DNA of 64,000 nucleotides from a virus (Duplodnaviria; Caudoviricetes): positions 13,111 through 77,110 of IMG/VR virus record IMGVR_UViG_3300029969_000013; one strand, 5' to 3'. The notes under the pieces are model-generated. The model saw only the letters and a list, made by a program, of their open reading frames with translations, was not told the DNA's origin and made no database searches. A program made the position numbers and the translations under genes. Positions 55,528 to 64,000 of this stretch are shown here, in pieces (position 1 is the stretch's first letter; each line of letters opens with the position of its first letter).

Positions 55528-57840
55528 ATGATAACACACATCATAAAAAGAGATGGTCGTAAAGTACCATTTGACATCGAGAAAATAGTAAATGCTGTAT
55601 TCAGAGCTGCTAACTCAGTAGGTGGTACAGATGCGGAGACGGCTAAAGACATCGCCATAAAAACATGTGACTACTATGAAAAAACATATATAGATCAGAC
55701 TCCTACGGTTGAGCTTATTCAAGACATTGTTGAGAAGATGCTTATAGAAGGTGGACATGCAAGAACTGCTAAAGCTTATATATTGTATCGGCAAGAGCGT
55801 ACACGTGACAGAGAAATGAAATCTGGTCTGATGCAAACAATGAAAGAGCTTACGTTTGAATCGGCTAAAAACAGTGATAATAAGCGTGAAAATGCAAACA
55901 TAAATGGTGACACGGCAATGGGTACAATGCTCAAGTATGGATCATCAGCTGCTAAAGCCTTTTATGAATTGAGTATATTGAATCCAGAACATGCAAAAGC
56001 TCACCGTGAAGGTGATATCCATATTCATGATCTTGATTTCTATACGCTTACAACAACATGCACTCAGATTGATTTGGTCAGATTGCTTAAAGATGGATTT
56101 TCTACAGGACATGGTCATTTGAGAGAACCAAATGATATTGCAAGCTATTCTGCACTTGCTTGTATTGCTATACAATCTAATCAAAACGACCAGCATGGTG
56201 GTCAAAGTGTACCAAATTTTGAATATGCAATGGCTGTAGGTGTACGGAAAACGTTTGCACATAAATATGTTCAGAATCTTGCTAAAGCAATTCTGTTAAT
56301 TGGTCAGCTTGATGATGCTGAAAGATTTGCAGATCGTATATCTAATGACATCAAGAACAAATTCAACTTAATTCCTACACTTGCAAACGAAGATGATTAT
56401 CAGAAAATTGAGAATTCATACCTGTGTGAATATCTAGGTGCAGAGCATGCCAAAGCTATTCAGTCATTTGCACGAAAGTATGCCATCAAAGAAACAGAAC
56501 GTGCTACTTACCAAGCGATGGAAGCACTTATTCATAATTTGAATACAATGCATTCAAGAGCTGGTGCACAAGTACCATTCAGCTCTATAAACTATGGTAC
56601 AGATACGTCTCCTGAAGGTAGAATGGTTATCAAAAATATTCTACTTGCTGAGGAAGCCGGTCTGGGAAATGGAGAAACACCTATCTTCCCGATTCATATT
56701 TTCAAAGTCAAAGAGGGTGTGAACTATAACAAAGAAGATCCAAACTACGACTTGTTTGAGCTGGCGTGCAAGGTGTCTGCTAAGCGTTTGTTCCCTAACT
56801 TCTCATTTATCGACGCTCCATTTAACCTTCAGTATTACCGCCAAGGGCACCCTGAGACCGAGGTTGCGTATATGGGCTGTCGTACAAGAGTCATTGGTAA
56901 TGTACATGACCCGTCAAAAGAGATTGTAAATGGAAGGGGTAATTTAAGTTTTACGTCTATTAATTTACCTCGACTTGCAATTGAAGCTAATCATGATATA
57001 GACAAGTTCTACGAAATGTTGCACGAAAAAATGAATTTAGTAATAGATCAGCTTATGCATCGTTTCAGAATTCAATCTAAGAAACTTGTACGTAACTACC
57101 CATTCCTTATGGAACAAGGTGTATGGATTGATTCAGGTAAACTTAATTTAGATGACGAAGTCGGAGAAGTATTAAAACACGGTACTCTTTCCGTTGGATT
57201 CATCGGACTTGCTGAATGTCTTAAAGCTCTCATTGGAGTTCATCACGGCGAAAGTGAAGAAGCACGTAAGTTAGGTTATGAAATTATTAAAACAATGCGT
57301 CAACGTGTAGATGAGGAATCTAAAAGAACTGGACTTAATTTCTCTCTTCTTGCAACGCCTGCTGAGGGACTTTCAGGACGTTTTGTACGTATGGACGCTA
57401 AGAAATATGGAATCATTGAGGGTGTAACTGACAGAGATTACTATACAAACTCTTTCCATGTGCCTGTTTACTATCCGATAAGCGCATTTGAGAAAATAAA
57501 AATAGAAGCTCCTTACCATGAGCTTACAAATGCAGGTCATATCAGCTATATTGAGATGGATGGTGACCCTGTTCAGAATGTAGAAGCATTTGAAAAAGTT
57601 GTACGTTGTATGAAAGAATCAGGTATCGGTTATGGTTCAATCAACCATCCAGTAGATAGAGATCCAGTTTGTGGATTCACAGGAATCATTGGAGATACTT
57701 GTCCACAGTGTGGACGTACTGAAGGTGATATCCCATTTGAAAGAATTCGTCGCATTACAGGATACCTTGTAGGTACACTTGACAGATTCAACAATGCTAA
57801 ACGTGCAGAAGAAAGTCAAAGAGTAAAACATAATATTTGA
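55528..57840 (+). CDS. nrdD: Anaerobic ribonucleoside-triphosphate reductase with ATP-cone
   Basis: IIKRDGRKVPFD ATP-cone; IHIHDLD; YMGCRT; RGNLSFTSINL; ATPAEG; RITGYL glycyl-radical motif. Confidence 0.97.
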   Translation: MITHIIKRDGRKVPFDIEKIVNAVFRAANSVGGTDAETAKDIAIKTCDYYEKTYIDQTPTVELIQDIVEKMLIEGGHARTAKAYILYRQERTRDREMKSGLMQTMKELTFESAKNSDNKRENANINGDTAMGTMLKYGSSAAKAFYELSILNPEHAKAHREGDIHIHDLDFYTLTTTCTQIDLVRLLKDGFSTGHGHLREPNDIASYSALACIAIQSNQNDQHGGQSVPNFEYAMAVGVRKTFAHKYVQNLAKAILLIGQLDDAERFADRISNDIKNKFNLIPTLANEDDYQKIENSYLCEYLGAEHAKAIQSFARKYAIKETERATYQAMEALIHNLNTMHSRAGAQVPFSSINYGTDTSPEGRMVIKNILLAEEAGLGNGETPIFPIHIFKVKEGVNYNKEDPNYDLFELACKVSAKRLFPNFSFIDAPFNLQYYRQGHPETEVAYMGCRTRVIGNVHDPSKEIVNGRGNLSFTSINLPRLAIEANHDIDKFYEMLHEKMNLVIDQLMHRFRIQSKKLVRNYPFLMEQGVWIDSGKLNLDDEVGEVLKHGTLSVGFIGLAECLKALIGVHHGESEEARKLGYEIIKTMRQRVDEESKRTGLNFSLLATPAEGLSGRFVRMDAKKYGIIEGVTDRDYYTNSFHVPVYYPISAFEKIKIEAPYHELTNAGHISYIEMDGDPVQNVEAFEKVVRCMKESGIGYGSINHPVDRDPVCGFTGIIGDTCPQCGRTEGDIPFERIRRITGYLVGTLDRFNNAKRAEESQRVKHNI

Positions 57841-57873
57841 TGTATATCGGCAATAGTCGGTGTATATAAATAC

Positions 57874-57911
57874 AACAGCGGACATTTGTAAATCAAGTGC
57901 CCGCTGTTTTT
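57874..57911 (+). terminator. Intrinsic terminator
   Basis: AACAGCGG / CCGCTGTT stem plus TTTTT. Confidence 0.7.
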
Positions 57912-57977
57912 GTGTGTAAAATTACAGAATCGTTATGTATATTGTAGAAAATAAATAACATAAAAGGAGATAATATT

Positions 57978-58136
57978 ATGGTAAAAACAATTATCATTAT
58001 TGTTGCTATGACGGCTTGTCTTTTGAGTTTATGGAAGGCGATGTTTAAACATGCTGCTAATTTTGATAAGGTATTTTTCAGTGTGCTATCTGTAGTTTTC
58101 ATACTCATCGGAATTGTCATCAGCAATACATTATAA
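57978..58136 (+). CDS. 52-aa membrane peptide (not in ORF track)
   Basis: AAAAGGAG RBS; MVKTIIIIVAMTACLLSLW...VFILIGIVISNTL, two hydrophobic segments. Confidence 0.65.
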   Translation: MVKTIIIIVAMTACLLSLWKAMFKHAANFDKVFFSVLSVVFILIGIVISNTL

Positions 58137-58148
58137 CTATATAGGAGG

Positions 58149-58625
58149 ATGTTAAATATGACCTTACTTGAACGTGTTCATCAAGACTATCAGAAACGCA
58201 TCGACATGATAAATCAGATGATGAATTTGCCTAATTCGGCAGCTGGATTAGCTGCAGGTGCTACTATGTTGTATGCATATGCTAGAATGAAGACCGCTGA
58301 CTATGCTGAACTCAAAGCAGATTATGAATTCGCGATTGCTAACAAACTGTTATGTAACCACACAAGCGGATATACTAATTATAAGAACTATGTCAACTAT
58401 AACATAGCATCTACTACGTATATAGTGTGGAGGCATGGTAGAAATAGATATGGTGTAGAGGAGCTGTTGCTTGAAAAGGACGGAGATATAACAACAGTTT
58501 GGTATATACCATATCATAATAAACTTGTATTGCCGCATCTTGACGATCGTCTAGAATATTTGAATGTAGATTCCGTCAAAGATATGGAATGGTTCTTCGC
58601 ATGTTTGTATGACGTTAAATTATAA
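58149..58625 (+). CDS. Hypothetical protein
   Basis: AGGAGG RBS. Confidence 0.65.
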   Translation: MLNMTLLERVHQDYQKRIDMINQMMNLPNSAAGLAAGATMLYAYARMKTADYAELKADYEFAIANKLLCNHTSGYTNYKNYVNYNIASTTYIVWRHGRNRYGVEELLLEKDGDITTVWYIPYHNKLVLPHLDDRLEYLNVDSVKDMEWFFACLYDVKL

Positions 58626-60599
<1,974 letters not shown>

Positions 60600-60610
60600 G
60601 GTGTAACTTT

Positions 60611-60823
60611 ATGGTAAGATTCATACTATATGTTGTATTGCAGATAATTGGCTTATCTATGGTTCTAATACCTGGCAAATCTTACAATAGAACAGAGAGG
60701 GATAAACAATATCATGAACGTAGAGATTTAACTGTATATGAATTATGTATATTCACAATAGGTATCATAGTATTCTCGTTTGCATTTCTATTTATGATGT
60801 TTTCAATACCTGCATACATGTAA
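60611..60823 (+). CDS. Small two-TM membrane protein
   Basis: GAGGTG RBS; two hydrophobic segments. Confidence 0.6.
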   Translation: MVRFILYVVLQIIGLSMVLIPGKSYNRTERDKQYHERRDLTVYELCIFTIGIIVFSFAFLFMMFSIPAYM

Positions 60824-60907
60824 GCTTCAAATATCAAATCGTTATAGACTATGTGATAGAAAATATTTCCATCACATAGTCTTAATGTTTATAGGAGGTT
60901 ATACGAT

Positions 60908-61111
60908 GTGAAAGCTAAGAAATTAAGCAGAGGTGTTTATGAATACAGAGGATATCGCATATCCAATTGTGGATACCATCATCCTGATCATTGTATTTGG
61001 TGGGAAGCTGTAAATATAATAACAGGTTGTGCTGATTATCATGCTACAACCAAGAAACATCTAATTGAAATTATAGATGATGCAGAATCTAATGGAAGAG
61101 GAGATATATAA
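60908..61111 (+). CDS. Hypothetical protein
   Basis: AGGAGG RBS, GTG start, TCGTTA motif upstream. Confidence 0.6.
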   Translation: MKAKKLSRGVYEYRGYRISNCGYHHPDHCIWWEAVNIITGCADYHATTKKHLIEIIDDAESNGRGDI

Positions 61112-61113
61112 TT

Positions 61114-61558
61114 ATGGTGCTATCTAAAAGTGTGCTGGATGAAGTAATCGCAAGCATTGCAAAAGGTCAAGCTAATTATCAGAAGTTCGTTATTATTATA
61201 ACAACAGATTTTAAATGTAAATTCAAATGTGATCACATGGTTGGTACAACTGATGCTGCTGCAATTGATATTATCAGTGATACAATCATACAGTATTGCA
61301 GTCAGCATTACATTTTGAGTTATACAGCTCAATATATTGACAAAACTGCTAAATGTATTGAACTCCATATTCGAAGAGATATTGATCCGGATTCATTTGT
61401 TAAACATGGATATTGGTCACAAGTAAACACAGGTGATCGTATAGGTGATTATTATTTTGTATGTAGTCACTGTCACAAAAAATACACCAGATAAAGCATT
61501 TATAATTGCTCCGGATTACTGTCCTTGGTGCGGTGCAAAAATGAGATCGGAGGTATAA
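61114..61558 (+). pseudogene. Zinc-finger protein frameshifted at an A6 run
   Basis: VKHGYW...CSHC in frame 1; second half APDYCPWCGAKM lies +1 after A6 at 61477-61482. Confidence 0.7.
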
Positions 61559-61562
61559 ATCA

Positions 61563-62204
61563 ATGATAGAGATAGCAAAGCTACTTAATATTGCACAGAA
61601 AACATATGACGATTGTTACAATAATATGGAATCTGCTAAAGAAGGAAAATGTCCTGGTCAAGCTGGAGGTGCAAAAGCAACTGAATATTTGAATGAAGTA
61701 TGTATAGATTGTCCTTATTTCTGTTTAGATAAGAAAGACATCGGTCTTGGATTATTCAGCAAAATTAATGATTCATTGAAAGGTAGTGATGATATGGATA
61801 AAATCACAGTTGATTCGGATGATTTAGCTGCACCTAAGGATACATTCATATGTCTATTCGGTGACTTTGCATATTTTGAAGACGGGTCATTCAAATTGAA
61901 TGAAGAAGGTATAAAAATACTTCATGATGAATCAAAATTGATTACATCATATTCTGGTGTGCATTATTGGTGTAATCATTTCATATGTGAATTGCTTGAT
62001 TTATACTCTGGTACAAGTGAGTACAATTACTCATTAGGTACTATACAGCATCAAAAAGAAATTGCCCAAGGTTGGAATAATAACAAGGATTCAATCATCC
62101 AATGGTTTTACACAAATTCTGATAAATTATGGTTCCAATTAGCTGAGAAGATGTTTGACATCTTCATGATAAATATCAGAGACAATGCAGATATATTTAA
62201 ATAA
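61563..62204 (+). CDS. Hypothetical protein
   Basis: GGAGG RBS; N-terminal Cys cluster. Confidence 0.65.
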   Translation: MIEIAKLLNIAQKTYDDCYNNMESAKEGKCPGQAGGAKATEYLNEVCIDCPYFCLDKKDIGLGLFSKINDSLKGSDDMDKITVDSDDLAAPKDTFICLFGDFAYFEDGSFKLNEEGIKILHDESKLITSYSGVHYWCNHFICELLDLYSGTSEYNYSLGTIQHQKEIAQGWNNNKDSIIQWFYTNSDKLWFQLAEKMFDIFMINIRDNADIFK

Positions 62205-62216
62205 AGGAGTAACATT

Positions 62217-62735
62217 ATGATCAAATATTATGACCCAAACATGTGTAATGCAATACACACTGTTAGAATAACTCTCATGCAAGAAGATTATGTTGGACAC
62301 ATCTCTCGGAAGATAAAAGGTGATTGCAAAGGTGCAGATTTACTTGAAGCTGATTGTTTTGAATATGATGATCAGGACGATATTGACAGATATGTCGAAA
62401 ATGACTGCAAACTTTCGTATGACGAGGATTATTGCATATATACAGCAGTATTGACTAATTCTGACGGCGATCAACTTGAAGTTGAAGGCGATACGTATGA
62501 AATGAAAAATATGGTTGTATCTATAGAGTTTGCTGAAGTTGAGGAATTGATTACTAATGAGACATTAAAATCATGCCCGTTTTGTGGAAGGAGTGCGGTG
62601 TTGAAAACAAAAGTTTCTGAATCTGAAACAAGATACTATGTTATGTGTGGCAAATGTGAATCTAAATCACGTACATTTGTTTTAGCAGAAGAAGCTGTTA
62701 AATCTTGGAATACACGTCATGAAATTGATAAGTAG
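62217..62735 (+). CDS. Hypothetical domain fused to Lar-like (restriction alleviation) zinc ribbon
   Basis: C-terminal LKSCPFCG...MCGKC...EEAVKSWNTR. Confidence 0.7.
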   Translation: MIKYYDPNMCNAIHTVRITLMQEDYVGHISRKIKGDCKGADLLEADCFEYDDQDDIDRYVENDCKLSYDEDYCIYTAVLTNSDGDQLEVEGDTYEMKNMVVSIEFAEVEELITNETLKSCPFCGRSAVLKTKVSESETRYYVMCGKCESKSRTFVLAEEAVKSWNTRHEIDK

Positions 62736-62749
62736 AAAGGAAGAAAATT

Positions 62750-63181
62750 ATGAATGAAATAAAATTAAATCCTTGCCCGTTTTGTGGAAGCACAAAATTG
62801 AAAATTGATAAGAAAAGCAAATTAGTGAATTATAGACATGTAGCTATATTCACAGTTTCGGTAAGATGTTCTTGTTGCCATGCAAGAGGTGGCACAGTAA
62901 GCGGTGAAGTAGGAAGCGGAATAGCTGATCCTATATCAGACAAGCTTACAACTTATGAAGAGTTAAAAACAAAAGCTGCCGAATCTTGGAATACACGCCA
63001 TAGCAATGTATATACAATTGTTCATGGAAGATGGATTGATATTGAACCTGAATACAACTATGAAAAGCATCAAACTGCCCATTATCAGTGTTCAGTATGT
63101 GGAAGAAGAACAGGGTATAAACAGACAAAGACTTACAAGTATTGTCCTAAATGTGGTGCTAAAATGGGAGGTGATGTCTAA
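62750..63181 (+). CDS. Lar-like zinc ribbon fused to a second C4 zinc finger
   Basis: LNPCPFCG...CSCCH...AAESWNTR then HGRW...CSVC...YCPKCGAKM. Confidence 0.75.
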   Translation: MNEIKLNPCPFCGSTKLKIDKKSKLVNYRHVAIFTVSVRCSCCHARGGTVSGEVGSGIADPISDKLTTYEELKTKAAESWNTRHSNVYTIVHGRWIDIEPEYNYEKHQTAHYQCSVCGRRTGYKQTKTYKYCPKCGAKMGGDV

Positions 63182-63600
63182 TGTCACGCTGCTGTACATG
63201 TATACATTATCCAGTATGTGAGCATTATTTAGTTAAATCTGGTTTAGATGCTACATCTGTTGTATTAGCATCTAGAATTGAAGATTCTACACGAAGCTGT
63301 CCACAATATAAATCTACTACATCTTGTATAGATGTGCCTTGTAACATAGGTGATACTGTATATTATGTCCCAGATGGTCGTCAAGGAATAATCATCAAAT
63401 ACGTTGTAACTGCTATTCATATTTCAGACGAAGGAACTATACGACATAAGTTGCATAAATCTCATATTATTGCTTTTCATGAACAGAATAAATTGAGTAA
63501 TAGATTTAACTTTGATGAATTTGGAAGTCGAGTATTTACTACATATGAAGCTGCAATTGATGTAGTACTTTGTACTAAGGAGTGTGATGTAGATGAATAA
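63181..63600 (+). CDS. Hypothetical protein
   Basis: CCTCIHYPVC N-terminus; VPCNIGDTVY...VFTTYEAA pattern common in Firmicutes phages. Confidence 0.65.
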   Translation: MSRCCTCIHYPVCEHYLVKSGLDATSVVLASRIEDSTRSCPQYKSTTSCIDVPCNIGDTVYYVPDGRQGIIIKYVVTAIHISDEGTIRHKLHKSHIIAFHEQNKLSNRFNFDEFGSRVFTTYEAAIDVVLCTKECDVDE

Positions 63601-64000
63601 AGCTGTTTTACTAAGCATCAAACCGCAGTATTGTGAATTGATTGCTAATGGTGAGAAAACTATTGAGGTTCGCAAGACACGACCTACAATTGAAACTCCG
63701 TTCAAGTGTTACATCTATTGTACTGGTAAGCCAAATCTTTGGAAATCAAAACATGGTATAATCTCTGATTGTAAGTATAATCGAATTATTGATGATATAC
63801 CAGGTACCTTGCTCAATAAGAAAGTTATTGGTGAGTTTATCTGTGATCATATTTATCAATATTCTACCGGCAACGTTGATGGCATAGACATCTCAGATGA
63901 AGATATTACTGCAAGTTCATGTCTATCTAAACAGGAAATTGGAGACTATGAATTTTCTGCACCTCAAAGAGATTTTTGTATATATCGTGTAGGTGTTTAT
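63593..64000 (+). CDS. ASCH/PUA-like domain protein, 3'-partial (not in ORF track)
   Basis: MNKAVLLSIKPQYCELIANGEKTIEVRK...YIYCT...VIGEF. Confidence 0.8.
   Translation, partial: MNKAVLLSIKPQYCELIANGEKTIEVRKTRPTIETPFKCYIYCTGKPNLWKSKHGIISDCKYNRIIDDIPGTLLNKKVIGEFICDHIYQYSTGNVDGIDISDEDITASSCLSKQEIGDYEFSAPQRDFCIYRVGVY

Overview
A 64-kb segment of a large AT-rich myovirus-type phage genome, probably infecting an anaerobic Firmicute (class III RNR NrdD/NrdG, Cpl-7-type endolysin, SigF/G-like sigma factor). Every credible gene is on the + strand. Layout: tail/baseplate module with tape measure protein and three tail-associated cell-wall hydrolases (1-23 kb); T4-like prohead protease and major capsid protein (23.7-27.7 kb); small acidic/basic putative head proteins mixed with lysis and DNA-metabolism genes (28-49 kb); an RNA-gene island (49.7-53.2 kb); then a kinase, MazF-like gene, sigma factor, NrdD, NAD-dependent ligase and zinc-finger/Lar accessory genes. 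The most striking feature is the RNA island. Besides five canonical tRNAs (a sixth lies at 55.4 kb), it holds about ten CCA-terminated tRNA mimics with well-paired acceptor-like stems but missing, shrunken or greatly expanded anticodon/D arms, including bare micro/minihelices, several placed head-to-tail with 1-nt spacers. Other leads: a MazF/PemK-family gene with one in-frame TGA at a conserved aromatic position, a shared basic N-terminal/I-x-A-[AS] motif on candidate virion-packaged proteins (one a methyltransferase), and two related promoter-like motifs that partition structural versus replication genes. All annotation is by eye; no searches or folding programs were run.
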